This document shows positions 1 to 12,914 of a DNA stretch of 44,688 nt, piece after piece. The notes beneath the pieces are model-generated. The model was not told the origin of the DNA. It was given only the letters and a program-made list of their open reading frames with translations, and did not search any database. Both the position numbers and the translations under genes were made by a program. The stretch is from Octopus bimaculoides. Its lineage: Eukaryota. Position 1 is the first letter of the stretch. The number at the start of each line of letters is the position of its first letter. Location of the stretch: NCBI RefSeq assembly GCF_001194135.2, contig NC_068986.1, forward strand, positions 38,529,322 to 38,574,009, written 5' to 3'.

Positions 1-52
1 TATATATATACATATATATATATATACATACATACATACATACATACATACA

Positions 53-98
<46 letters not shown>
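1..98. repeat. (TA)n/(TACA)n compound microsatellite
   Basis: Direct reading of tandem TA and TACA units. Confidence 0.95.
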
Positions 99-624
99 AA
101 ATATGTCGGGTGGGGGCATGCACTGTGAAATTCCATTAGGCCGTAGGGTTATCATGCTGAAAACAACTTCACATTCCTTTAGCACATCAAGAAAATCTAT
201 AGTAGAGCCTATATTTCACATGAGAAATCTCCATTTAATGAATCACCTAATATTTTAAAAGTACTTCCACAGCTTACAATAGTAAGTTTTTCTATTATTC
301 TTCAGTAACTATTTGCTGTTAGATTAACTCAGTCGTTTAATAATTAAATCTCTTAGCCATGGACACAGTGCAATTCAATGCATAAGAAATGAACCCCAGA
401 CTCCTTGATAAACAATGAAGAAATTAGTCAGTTTAATCTTCATCCCAAGCTTCATCCTAATACATCTTGTAGACCTATTATGGATATGAGTCTGTGTATT
501 TATTATTTATTCATAATTCACTCTGTATTAGTAATCCAGTAATTATTGGCTAATTGCCTGATTCCATCAACTCAGTCATCCATGCCACCTTTATTCCTGT
601 CTGTCTTAATATAAATAAACTCAG

Positions 625-799
625 GAAGAGAGAGGAGAGAGAAATAGAGAGAGGGGAGAGAGAAATAGAGAGAAAGGAGAGAGAAATAGAGAGAGAGGAG
701 AGAGAAATAGAGAGAGAGGGAAAGGAAAAAAAAAGAGAGAGAGAGAGACAAGGTAAGAGAATCAGAAAGAAAGCGAGAGATGGGGAAGAAAAAAGAGAA
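625..799 (+). repeat. Polypurine tract with four 21-bp units (GAGAGAGAAATAGAGAGAGAG-like)
   Basis: GAAATA recurs at 641, 662, 683 and 704 (period 21); the strand is almost all A/G. Explains the EREIERE ORF. Confidence 0.9.
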
Positions 800-1208
800 T
801 ATTAGTTCTTGTAGGTGTTTACATCCTGAAAACAATATTTTGGATGGTAGGGCAGTAGGGGAAGGGGCATGGGATGGAAAGTACAAGATGTTTACTTAAG
901 CAAAAACAAAATACCTTTAAAAAACTCAAAAGTGACCTTTTTATTGTTTATCAGAAAATAATTAGTATTTCTACACCTTTTGTAATTATTTCCTTCAGCA
1001 CAATAAAATATCAAATTGCTTCAATTACTGCAAGTGTCTCTGTAATCCATCAAAGAGAAACTGGTACCAGCTAGAATGACATTGAAAGATTGATAACAAT
1101 CACCGCTGACGTGTTTTATTGTCTGAACAACCACTGAGTGGCATGAATGATGAGTTAGAACAGACCACATAGAAATGAGAAATGTATATGTCTTGTCGGC
1201 ATGCATGC

Positions 1209-1257
<49 letters not shown>

Positions 1258-1485
1258 CTTGTTTGTATTTGTGCATGTGTATTTATACATATGTGTATAT
1301 ATTCTTGTGTGTTTGTTTGAAAGAACAAGGCTTTCACATGCAGAATGAAGTACTCAGTACTTCAAGAAATAGTGTTATTTTATTGGTAACAATTGAGATG
1401 CAAACATAATCCCTTTGAACTGAAACAGGAGTTCCTCTGTAAACTAGCTAACAATAAAATAATATAATATTATATATATGTATAC

Positions 1486-1517
1486 ACTAGCTGGTGTACC
1501 CAGTAATTCCCAGGGTA
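1486..1517 (+). mobile_element. Possible degenerate Helentron/HINE (Helitron-like) terminus
   Basis: ACTAGC after an AT tract, followed by the hairpin TACCC-(11 nt)-GGGTA, resembling the ACTAGC...CCCGG..CCGGG ends of non-autonomous Helentrons. Confidence 0.3.
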
Positions 1518-2418
1518 AAGATGTTCTATTGAAACGCCTTATTACTCTGATATAAGAAAGCAATTTTGTTATAACTGCCACAAAAGGTGTATCTTCCATC
1601 ACGAAAAAGTACAAAAACCTGTCAGCTGGAGGAGGGAGAGATTGTTGGAGGTTGACGAGAGTGTACTCTGACTCGTTGTGGTATTTTAAAGGTGAACTTT
1701 ATGAAGGCTAATTTATTAAAAGTAACATATAAATGTAGTATATATGTATATTAATATATGAATGAAGTGTTTAATGTTTAAGAATGAAATGAAAAAAGTG
1801 CAATAATAACATTCACACTCACTGATGGCCGTTCTCAGTAACTGCCTTTGGCTTATGAAGTTCTTGTTTTTATAACTATCGAAAACAACCAGAAGGATAG
1901 ACATTGTTGAGAACAAATGATTTCATTGGAGGTCTGTTATCTCCATTCCAGCTCCTGGTGGCCTATTTTCCACATATGTAGTAGATATTGTAAAATCAAG
2001 AAAATGAGTACAATGAACATGCCATAGAGAGTGGAAAATTCAATGTTTCAGACAGTCATCTTTCTGGGAAAAGTTGATGGGAGTGACATTGAAGAGAAAC
2101 AGCTGTGTTTTACATCCTCTGTTTGAAAACTCACCCAAACCAAGTTCTCTGTACTCTTTTTCTCAATTTTACTAAGTAATATTAATATTACTAACATTAA
2201 CCAACATCAGTTTCTTTGGATTCTGTTTGATCACATATATATATGATTTGGAGGAAATTTGGCTCATTATTTCTAATTTGAGTAGACCTTTGATGAAAGC
2301 ATTCCATGCATCCTTGTGTGTATCAGGGACTACATTCTCTAATGTATCCTTATATTTTGAAGAAGAATGGGTGTGATTTATGTGAGTTTGGGCTGCTATT
2401 TTTAACAGGCCAGCTTAC

Positions 2419-2468
2419 CATCCTGGAGATACCCTTAATCATTGTTTTTAGTACTAAGTTAGCTAAAC
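2419..2468 (-). CDS. Candidate internal exon of an unidentified gene (xLANLVLKTMIKGISRM)
   Basis: Minus strand: acceptor cattatttcag, donor ATG|GTAAGC, 50 nt, only one of three frames open, outside recognisable repeats. Confidence 0.35.
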
Positions 2469-2650
2469 CTGAAATAATGTATCTGCTTTCCTATTTAAGC
2501 TAACAAAGACTTAAAATAATGCATCACAAAGCACTAAACACCACTTCAAACTTTAAAGAAAATCCTTAAAACTCACATTTGCTCTCCTCAAAAATTCAAC
2601 AAAAACTAATTCTAATGAATGACAGTGTCTCTAATTCCACTAGAAACCCA

Positions 2651-2874
2651 TTACCCACTTAGCCTTCAGATTAATCTGTCAAATATAATGCTTATTTATT
2701 CACATTGTTTTTAATTAATCATGTATTATCTCATGGCTTTGAGATTTCCATAATGTGATTGCTTATTTTTAGAATGACATTGTTAGGTATTAAGTGGGAT
2801 CTGACCAATTTAAACATAAAACAGGTAGAAAGTTTTTTGCCTGGATGTGGCCAGTTTAAATGCTAAAGGGTTAA
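2651..2874. mobile_element. TTAA-flanked piggyBac-like MITE, family 1 (degenerate left end)
   Basis: Left end ttacccacttagc, right end aatgctaaagggttaa; the internal sequence matches the copy at 11051-11267. Confidence 0.7.
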
Positions 2875-3400
2875 ACATTGAAACCACTCCTGCATTGGGC
2901 TTCCTGCAGCTTTGTCATAGCCTTTCTTCAGCTTGGAAAACAACCAAAAGTCACAGGAGGCAATGTCTGGACTGTAGGGTGGAGTGAGGGTGAGTTTTGA
3001 TGCCCAAATCTATCAAATAGTTGGCTACAGGGATAGAATTGTTAACTGGTGCATTATCCTGGTGTAGATGCTGTGGCCTTTTACAATGAAATCTCTTCTT
3101 GAACAAAGTACTCTTTGTTGAGTGTCTGGCCAGAGGGGACATGATAGATGTAGATGCTGCCCTTGCTGTCAAAAAAGAGGATTATCATGAGCTTCCCAGT
3201 AGACTTGCTCTACATGGCCTTTTGTGCCAGTGAAAAACAGATACTCATTTCATATAAGTTAATCCATAAGCAGTCTGGGGCTTCTCATAAGTTTCTGTAG
3301 ACTCTTTTCCCAGTTTAACATTAAACTTTATTGCATAGTGAGTTTCCAAATGGTCTTCATGTGCCGAGTGCATTCTACAAACTAGTCAGCTGTGAAAAGC
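2875..3400 (-). mobile_element. Internally deleted mariner (DD34D-type) transposase remnant
   Basis: Minus translation with stops/frameshifts: YAIKFNVKLGKESTETY...VFHWHKR (HTH region), joined to KLMIILFFDSKG...VPSGQTLNKEY, HQDNAPV and YSPDIASCDFWLFSKLK (the mariner YSPDLAPxD motif). Confidence 0.9.
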
Positions 3401-3644
3401 AGTGTTTAGTAGGATGTGTTCAAAGTACTGTTACACCCGTCTCCTACAATCTCAAATAATAAAATTTGGCAGGTCTGTTTAATAGATGTGTAGTAATGAT
3501 ATACTAAAATTATGATAATCTAGGACAGTTATAACTGCCACTCCTAAAAGAATCTCAAAACTTCAGGATGTATCTCATATATATGCATATATTTGTGTGT
3601 GTGTGAAAGAGAGAGAGAGAGTATATGTATGTGCGTGTGTGTGT

Positions 3645-3965
3645 GTGTGTGTTGCTATCTCTTTGCTTTGACTTCTCATAGTTGCAATGAGTGCCACTGA
3701 CATGCAAATAGCGTCCTTCGTTTCCAGTCTTCTCTGAAAAGATGTCTGGTCATGGGGAAATATTACCTTACTTGGAAACAGGTTAAGGCTGGCAACAGGA
3801 AGGACATCGAGTAGCAGAAACTCTGCCTGAACAAATTCTGTCCTGCGCATGCAGAAGTGAACGTTAAATTATATAATAATAACAATGATGTTGATGATGA
3901 TGGCAATGATGATGATGATGATGAAGTTGATGATGATGACGATGATGATGATGATGATGATGATG
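3645..3965 (+). mobile_element. SINE/RTE 3'-end-related repeat followed by (ATG)n tail
   Basis: aggaaggacatc...cagaaactctgcc...gaacgttaaa core shared with copies at 23135, 31670 and 34384; (GAT)n run at 3885-3965. Confidence 0.7.
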
Positions 3966-4603
3966 AACACAGGGACTGAAGGAAAAATACTTCAGAGGAG
4001 TGTCCTACATACTAGATACAAATATGGCACAATCTGTAATATGGTGAGTAGAAAAACTGGTTGTTTTTGACAAATAAGTGCAAGCAGAATTGTCATGTGG
4101 TTTGCATTACAGTTTGCAAAACAGCCAAACGATGAACATTTTGGGCAAATGCTTCTACCATAGTTGGCCTGTATCTTGTGAGTGAAATTTAGCTGAGGAA
4201 ACAATGCAAAACCATTGCAGACACACAGCACATACACTTATACAAGTATGTGCATATACAGAGTGACCCAAAAGTAGGTTTACAGTTATCACATAGGCAC
4301 TTTAAATTTCTTTTAAAACATTTCATTGGATTTAAATTTCTATCTTACAATTAACTAAATTAGCATAGAATATTGGTTTCATTTTTTTTTTTTTTTCATA
4401 ATTAAGATCTAAACTGTTAATATATGAATGCAAAAGAGATAGTTGAATAACTTTAAACCTACTTTTGGGCCACCCGTATATAAATATATATATATATATA
4501 TGTCATGCTGCAATTGTTTTCGTTCCAGCACACGATCTCAGATCAGGTCACTTGCTATGCAAGTACATCTCCATATATATATATATGTATGTATGTATGT
4601 GTA

Positions 4604-4636
<33 letters not shown>

Positions 4637-4853
4637 ATGTATGAATATATCATCATCATCATCATTTAACATCCATTTTCCATGCTGACAATGGGTTAGA
4701 CGGTTTGACTGAGAACTGGTAAGCTGGGGAGCTGCATCAAGTTTTAGTCTGATTTGGCATAGTTTCTACAGCTGGAAGACCTTCTTAGAAATAAAAATAA
4801 AAATAAAAAGTTGATGATCGTATAGGTTAGTGAATATAATATAATAGGTTATA

Positions 4854-4895
<42 letters not shown>

Positions 4896-4959
4896 GTTAT
4901 AGTGATATGTAGTATATATATATATATTGGGTCATCCCATAAACATATACATATATATT

Positions 4960-5185
4960 TTACTAGTGTCAGCCTTTGGACTACTGCCATGCTGGGGTAC
5001 CACCTTGAAAGGTTTAGTCAAACAAATCAACACCAGTAATTATCTTTAAGCCTAGTACTTATTCTAGTGGTCTCTTTTTGCTGAACATCTAAATTACTGG
5101 GACGCAAACAAACCAATACTGGTTATCAAGTAGTGGTGGGGGACAAATACAAAAACACACACATTTACACACATTATATGTATGA

Positions 5186-5227
<42 letters not shown>

Positions 5228-5300
5228 CAGGCCGCTTTCAGGTTCCATCTTTCAAATCCAGCTCACAAGCCTTTAGTTGGCCTGAGACTATAGTGACCAC
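4960..5300 (-). mobile_element. tRNA-like SINE copy with internal (TG)n
   Basis: Colinear with the fuller copy at 35715-36130 (gccatgctggg..cacc, cctagtacttattct, aaatcca..cacaag). Confidence 0.75.
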
Positions 5301-5631
5301 ATGGTTGGGAAGCATGCAAATGTCCATGTGGTGTATGTGTTTGTGTGTGTGTGTGTGATGTCTGTATACCAGTTTAGAATGGTGCTTCAACCAAAATTTC
5401 TTGTAGTACTGCATTATGTTCCCTTGCACCAAGGAAGATTTAGTCATTCGATAAATAGAGATTAATAAAGTAAGTACCATACTAAGTACTGGGGGAATCA
5501 ATAGATATAATTAACTAAGAACCTCTGAAAGAGTTGCTCCAGTATGGTCATGGTCCAAAATACAGAAACCACTAAGAGAAGTAAAAAACTATGGAGAATG
5601 ACAAGAATGTTAATATATTTTAACAAATAGG

Positions 5632-5960
5632 TAAAGACCCCCTTCGGTCATGAATAATCATGGGATTGCATCTAGAAAGTTACCTTCCAAGGCACAAGTC
5701 CGGGCAAGGTTGTTTATGGAAGACCAGCAGTCAGCCATGCATACCAGCCTCCTCTCTCCATACCACCGATGTTATCCGAGGGAAAGGCAAAGGCTGATAC
5801 AACTTGGCACCAATGATGTCAAACTCATTTCTACAGCTGAGTGAACTGGATAACATGAAATAAAGTGTCTTGCTCAAGAACACAACACACAGCCCGGTCT
5901 GGGAATCAAACTCATTACCTCATGGTTGTGATCCCAATGCTCTAACCACTGAGCCTCCCT
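5632..5960 (-). mobile_element. tRNA-headed SINE, second family
   Basis: Ends with gggaatcaaactc...gctctaaccactgagcc (reverse complement of A-box ggctcagtggttagagc plus B-box-like motif); related copies at ~11290-11495 and ~44110-44370. Confidence 0.75.
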
Positions 5961-6406
5961 CTTAGCAAATAATGTTACTGTATATACAGACCTTTTTAGG
6001 GCTGTGTGTGTTTCTCCTTATTGTTTTGCTGACAGTTTCAGCCTTCATCCTACAAGAGGCAGGAGACAGTAGGACTACATTATTGATGTCCTACAAGGGA
6101 TAATAAACGAGTTAAGTATTTTAGGCCATACTGGTTAGTCAGCTCTGATGGATGGCTCATATCTTATTCATGGAAAGCTCAAGAATGACGAAATCAATAT
6201 TAATGGTTGGGAAATGTGCCATGGAAACTTGAGATAATGCGAGTTCTAAAAATCCAGTGATAGTTGATGTTATTTTTCTTGTTCTTGTTGTTGTTTAGCC
6301 AGACAGGCCTGTTTTTTATTTTATTTTCTTCTATTATAATTTCATTCATATCTAGAATTTTGTAGATGGAAATAGTATGAAGTCTGTTGTGTGTGCGTGA
6401 GTACAT

Positions 6407-6439
<33 letters not shown>

Positions 6440-7489
6440 TTTACATTCTGCACTTTCTATGACAAAGCTCTGTGTTAGAAAGCTCTGTTAGGAATGTCCT
6501 TTCCTAGCAGTAAATTTTTTGCTAACTCTGAAAATCAGGTGAGGGTGAACAACAGGAAGAGCATCTAGCTATAAAACAATACTGCAATAGCATGTATTCA
6601 TCTAACCCAGGCTAGCATGGAAAAACGAATGTAAAATAAACAAAGCATTATAGGAATATTAAATCAACTTGAATACTACTTTATTTTACTAACCCTGGAA
6701 GAATGAAGGGCAAAGTTGATCCTAGTAGGATTTGAACTCAAAACATTAAGTGTTACAACAATATACAGCATGCATTTAGTAGGATGTTCTCATCATTTTG
6801 CCTATCTATAGGCTTTCCAATTATGATCATCATGAGCATGAAGGCTTTTTGTGTATACAAGACTATACTGTCTAAATGTATCCTCCTTTGGATTGAGAGA
6901 AATTTAAGGGCTATTTCAAGCAAAGTGAGCAGTCACCTAGAGTAGTAATAGAAAGGACTCTCTTATCACTGTCTTATCATTATGGGGCTTTTATGCAAAG
7001 CAAGGCACTCCAACTCATATTATCTTTTTAACATCACTTATCAGGAGTGCATCTATACTGAAAATAAAATGAATCATTAAATCTATAACTTCATGAATAT
7101 GCAACTTACATTAAATTACTGCATAGGTTCTAAAGCTTAAAACAATTACGGGTTTAACCTCCTTGTTTCAGTGACCTAAGGAACTGGTTATTGTGAAACT
7201 AAAAAAAATTCCAGGCAACACTTTTTAGCACTGACATAATCTGCTGTACCGTTTAATCCCTTGGATGACATCATGAAGGGCCAAAATACAGTGAAATATA
7301 TGAAATTAATAGGACTGTGTCACAGACACTCAATTGGTAATTCCAGTGTAAACATTAACAAGTGTGGCACCTTACAGCACCACCCCAGTAGTAGATCTAC
7401 AAACTAATGGTGGCAGATTGAAAAAATGGTGGAATAAGGGAGTCACCACATCACAAAATGCTAGACTAAAGAGATTCAACTTGCATTTT

Positions 7490-7555
7490 CTATTTTTGTA
7501 AATGGGTTTTAAAGAGGTTTTCTATTACATTGCAGACAGATTCAGCACTGTGTTG
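7490..7555 (-). CDS. Possible terminal coding exon (QHSAESVCNVIENLFKTHLQK*)
   Basis: Acceptor gtatttctgtttcag; a phase-0 start is compatible with the 7927-8005 exon. No independent support. Confidence 0.25.
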   Translation of the reverse strand, partial: QHSAESVCNVIENLFKTHLQK

Positions 7556-7926
7556 CTGAAACAGAAATACTGTTATAGTAAATATTCTGCTCAATGCCAC
7601 AGATTTGCTTGGCAAAACCAGTATGTTGCTTAGTGGCCGACAATATGTGCATTTCTGATCATGAGCACACATAGCTATGTGTTGAGAAGGATTCTTTGGA
7701 GTTTGAATTAATATAAGAAAAGCAAAGTTTGAAGGAAATATTAGCCATTTTTTATACTTTCTAGGGATAAGCAAATAGGAAATCAATAGTTGTTACCAAG
7801 GACATAAATCGTGTTATCAGTTTCAGTCAAAGGCTGTCACCATGCCAGGGTGCCACCATAAAAAAGATTGCTTCCCCAACAGGGAATAATGCCCTGGTTT
7901 CCTGCATGACAGACAGGAATACTTAC

Positions 7927-8005
7927 CTCTATACTACTGAGGAATGGCTGGAAGTACATTGCATCAGAGTGTAAAATTTCACCAGATGGAAAAAGGTTTC
8001 CTACT
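7927..8005 (-). CDS. Candidate internal exon of an unidentified gene (VGNLFPSGEILHSDAMYFQPFLSSIE)
   Basis: Acceptor gtttctatttcag, consensus donor GAG|GTAAGT, 79 nt, single open frame, non-repetitive sequence. Protein not recognised. Confidence 0.45.
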
Positions 8006-8627
8006 CTGAAATAGAAACTTCTTTGTTGGTGCTCTTCAGATGGCCATCACCACTGACACACAAATTGCAGTACTAACACACAGTAATATCCTTCCCTTTC
8101 TTCTTTCCACTATTTTTGATGCTATAACCAACAGAAGTTACAAAATAAATAAATAACAGGTATCACTGAATGAACTACAAACTACACTGTAAAATATATT
8201 AGTCTTGTGCGTTTTATTTATTTATTTATTTATTTATTTATTGCTTTACATCTGTGCTTTTAATGTAACTTTTCCCCCCACCTCTCTCAGCAAAAACAGA
8301 ATTTTTCACACAAAATATGTCAGCTAATCTGTGAGACCCAGTAAGAACTGGTATAAGCCAGCTGAACAATGGTTTTTGTCAGAACGTTCTGGTTTAAAAG
8401 TGAAGGACACTTCTTTTTTTTTTTTTTCTAACACATTCTTGTATCACAACTTGTGGGGGGAGGGGGTAAGAAAAAGTGGGGGGAACCAACGTAAAAGTAA
8501 AATGAAAATACAAAAGGTGTGAAAATTTTAATTGATAAAGACCACAGCGCAACCCCCCCCCCCGGTTCCTTTCATCTTTTTCTTTTAATTCTCATGTTTA
8601 TCTCTTTCTCTCTTTTTTTCTCTTTAT

Positions 8628-8688
<61 letters not shown>

Positions 8689-9001
8689 TGTGTGTATACG
8701 TGTGTGTATGTAATGTAGATAAACAGACAGGCAGTCAGATATAGATACTGTAGTTTAAATGCAACTAAAAAGGACTAAAAATAGAAGTGATGCCACCTTC
8801 TTTTTAAATTGATTGTACATACGAGAGTGACAAGGAAAACAGAGAGCCGCAGGGGGTGAGACATAGAAAGAAAGGAGAGAAATAAAATAAAGAAAAAAAG
8901 TAGGGAAAGTTCGTGTTTTAATAGACCATTCTGGAAAATGTTATACAGAATAAACTGAAAATATGTGTACATGTGGTATACGTGTGTATGTGTGAGTGTA
9001 T

Positions 9002-9055
<54 letters not shown>

Positions 9056-9088
9056 ATGTCTGTATAATTCTTTGTGTACAGGCATGTA

Positions 9089-9972
9089 CGTGGTCTGATC
9101 AATAAGTATCCGGACTGTTGCTATAGTAAAGCAGCTAAAGCACGGAGAGTGAGAGCTTGGCACAGATTGACCTTGAACACTGCTGTGTATGCGCACTATG
9201 TTTTAACGTTCTAGCTCACGTCCGCTGTTTACAGCAGTGTTTGGAAGGAAGGTGTGTAGCGTGTGATCATTGCATTGAAAATGACAGAAATTTGAACAGA
9301 GAATCTGCATCAAATTTTACCAAAAGCTTGGCGATACCTGCTCAGAGGCCTATGCAAAGTTTTCACAAAGTTTTCATCATTCTCAACAAAATCAAGGAAA
9401 TCTTGTACAACTGAAACCTGGGTGTCCTTTTGGTTGACTAAAAGCAGTATTTGGCACAAACTTGGCAGACACACATCTCGTACCCAAATCTTCAGTGACA
9501 ATGGACTGAACTGTAACTAATCTGCACATCCTCTGACAAATCATGGATGGTGATTTGACAATTTCCTCTTACAGCTTCATGCTGATTTGTGATGTTTTCC
9601 TCAGTTCTGCTGATTGTAGGTCTCCGAGAACGTTCATCAATATCAACATTTTTCAGCCATCTTGGAAACTTCTGAACCACTCGTACACTTGTGTGCTGCT
9701 CATACACTGCTCTCCATACACTTTCTGCAACTTTGCATAGGTCTTTAAGCAGGTATCACCATGACAACTTTCTCTGTCATGTCAATGCAATGATCACACG
9801 CTACACACCTTCCTTCCAAGCACTGCTGTAGATAGCAAAAGTGAGCTAGAATGTTAAAACTTAGTGTGCATATACAACAGAGTTCAAAGTCAATCTATGC
9901 CAAGCAGCTTCACTCTACATGCTTTAGCTTGTTACTGTGGCTACAGTCCGGATACTTATTGATCAGACCTTG
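9089..9972. mobile_element. Mariner derivative made of two inverted 5' ends (foldback), TA TSD
   Basis: TA|CGTGGTCTGATCAATAAGTATCCGGACTG at left, and its near reverse complement ending GACCTTG|TA at right. The plus arm gives RICIKFYQKLGDTCSEAYAK after a frameshift; the minus arm gives VYEWFRSFQDG...DERSRRP...EDLGTRCVSAKFVP (mariner HTH domain and WVPHEL-equivalent linker). Confidence 0.9.
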
Positions 9973-10057
9973 TATGCAACACAATTAAAGAGAATGTCAG
10001 CCCTGCTATTTACCAGACAGACCAAATTACAGAGAACATTTCTCTACATTGTAAGTG

Positions 10058-10110
<53 letters not shown>

Positions 10111-10209
10111 AGTAAGCTCTGTAATACAGTGACTCTTAAACTGATAAAAACTAGGGTCTCTACAAAATAAAATCACCACCACCACCATCGTCATCATCTT
10201 TATCATCAT

Positions 10210-10700
10210 CATCATTTAATGTCCACTTTTCCATGTTTGGATGGGTCACATGGAGTGTCAAGGTGGATTTTCTACGGCTGGATGCCCTTCCTATCAGCAA
10301 CCCTTGTCTCCAAGTAAGGTAAAATATTTCCCCTTGTCCAGGCATGTTTTTACAGAAGATTGGAAATTAGGGACACTGCTTGTATGACAGTGACATTCAT
10401 TAACGACTATCACGTGAAGTCAAGACAAAGATACAAACAGTAGCACATACATATCCATTATATACATATATACATATATATATACACAGACACACACATA
10501 TATATATGTATACACACATACATACATACACACACATATATATACAACAGCTTCTTTCTTTTTATGTCTACCAGATTCACTCACAAGGATTTTTGTTGGC
10601 CCTGGGGTTTTACTAGGTGTCACACAGAGGGACTGAACCCCAAAACGTGTGATTGGTAAGCAAACTTCTTACTACTCAGTCAATACTTGCACCTATATGT
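10210..10700 (-). mobile_element. Adjacent SINE fragments (RTE-tail type and tRNA-head type)
   Basis: tttaatgtccacttttccatg...ggatgcccttcct and agcttctttc...gggactgaacccc...aaacttcttact motifs shared with other copies in the window. Confidence 0.7.
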
Positions 10701-11050
10701 ATATTAGAGAAACCATGCCCAAGTATTAGAGAAAAATTTTACCTCAAATCCCCACCCCCACTCTTTTATTAACGAGAAGATGGAATAGAATTCACATCCT
10801 TATAATAAACCATTCTAATTATTGCATAAGTTTAGGAAGTTTAGAACCATCTCAGTGTTATTAAACATGGCAGTTTTTATTAAATTTTGATGGAAATAAC
10901 TGAAGGAGGTTAGTAATACATAATGAAATTATTACAGGATCTTGGAATATCATCAAGCCATGTTTTGGCTCATTGACAACACATTGTCCCTGACATATGT
11001 CATCCTTACAAAGATTTTATTTATTTATTTTTAAAATGTATCATATTGGT

Positions 11051-11267
11051 TTAATCCTTTAGCATGCAAATCATTCTGTCAAAGGTAATGCTTTTTATTC
11101 ACATTGTTTTGAATCTATTTTGCAGTCATGAGATTTTGATGAGGCAACTGTTAATTTTTAAAATGATATTGTAGGGTTGGTGTGAGAGTCCAGATCTGAC
11201 CAGTTTGAACATGAATCAGGCAGAATATTTTGGCCTGGTATGGCTGGTTTAAATGTCAAAGAGTTAA
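11051..11267. mobile_element. TTAA-flanked piggyBac-like MITE, family 1
   Basis: ttaatcctttagcat ... aatgtcaaagagttaa; homologous to 2651-2874. Confidence 0.7.
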
Positions 11268-12914
11268 ATATGTTTATAGTGATCAAATGTTTGTGTTATG
11301 CATTCGCAAACTCCCTCCATCAAATCAGTGTAGCCTCAACAGGTACACAGTGTGCCATATGTTAGATATTGAAATGATCACAAAGCAACATGAGATAAAG
11401 TATTTTGGTCAAGTACACAATGCATCACCTGTTCTGGGAATCGAAATCATGATCTCACAATCATGAGTGCAATACCTTAATCACTCAGCCACATACCCTC
11501 TACATCATCATCATCATTGAATGTCCACTTTCCATGCTGGTATGGGTTGGGCGATTTGACAGGAGCTGGCCAGGGAGAAGACTGCACCAGACTTCTGTGT
11601 CTGTTTTAGCAAGTTTTTTTTACAATTGGATGGCCTTCCTAACACCAACTACCCAGCAAGTATTAGTGTGATATAGGTTTCTTGGCTTCTAATTCATCAA
11701 CAAGAGCATTACATAAATCTCCTTTCTCTGCTTTTGTTTTCCAAATCTTTATCTATTGTTTTGCTTCTTGTTGTTTAGCCAAGAGAGAAAGAGCTCAGGG
11801 TTAAATGTTGTTATTTAACCCCATTAGACTAAAGTCTATAAAAATTAAAAGAATAATTTTAAAAACCCTTCCACAGATGGTGATGAATAAAATAACAAAT
11901 GAAATAAAAAAAAAGATAACAGAAATGACTATTAGTTGGTAGAATGTTACCATCATGAAATCCCTGAAGATACAATGAGAAAAGAAAAAAAAACAGAAAA
12001 TGATCAATAGATGATGAAAAGATTGCCGATGATTTTTTCAGATTATCAAATTCCCATTTGTTACAGATGTTTCATTGGGTTTTTCTAATACAAAATATTT
12101 AATTTACATTGCTCTAGTTCACTCTAGCTGCCAGAAATAGGTACCAACCAGCTCATCTGAGAATGTTACCTGCAATGGATTGGTTTACCTCTTAACTACA
12201 CGTCTTGAAACTAGAGATGATATTAGCTCCCAAAGGTCACTTGAGTGCTTACAAAACATTTACATGTTTTGGGAGGTTTTTTTTTGACAATCAATAACAC
12301 TTCAGATGAATACTACAAAATAAGTATAAGCTTTCAAGGAGTCGATTTTGCAACCCAGTTTCAATTCCCAGTCATAACCATTTCAGTTCACTTATATTAC
12401 TCATTCTCCACTCCTGAGAAACGCATGCAAACTATCCAATCTCATTATTCACCACTAACAAATCTGAGATGGTGTATTGGTTGACTATGCTGGAAATCAA
12501 TATGATCAGCAAGCTCTGGAACCAGAGGAAGTTAGACTGAAATTCACTGTACAGATAATATTAACATTATTGATCTTGAAATGTTATGGAGATTATCATG
12601 AAACTGACAGGAGAGTACTGAAATTTGACCCAGTGAGTCAACCCTTCATTTTAAAATAAAACCAGGTCAATTGGAGTGTGTTTTTTTTTTGTCTCAAATT
12701 GGTATTCATGTCTAAATATCAGTTTCTGGTGAAAATATTAGAAGTTAATTTATCTGTAAAGCTGATCACATTTAAGATTTTGTTCCATGCAACCAAACTC
12801 TTTGATCAAGGGAAGCAGAATCATAACTTAACACAAAAAAACTATTTCTCTATTGAGAGTTGTCAGCCTTGCCTTTGTTTTATTAAGCAATGTTCAACAA
12901 CTTCCACAAATCAA

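Noticed and set aside
554-886. ORFs with EREIERE or SLSLYF repeats
   Set aside because: Products of the 21-bp purine repeat, which stays open on both strands; no splice or homology support.
3885-4070. Poly-Met ORF
   Set aside because: Translation of an (ATG)n microsatellite tail.
6035-6236. Protein-like plus frame DYIIDVLQGIINELSILGHTG*SALMDGSYLIHGKLKNDEI
   Set aside because: Two in-frame stops, weak splice sites and no recognisable family.
11951-11963. 13-nt minus-strand micro-exon GGATTTCATGATG with a strong acceptor
   Set aside because: Not phase-compatible with the 7927-8005 exon, and such signals arise by chance next to A-rich tracts.
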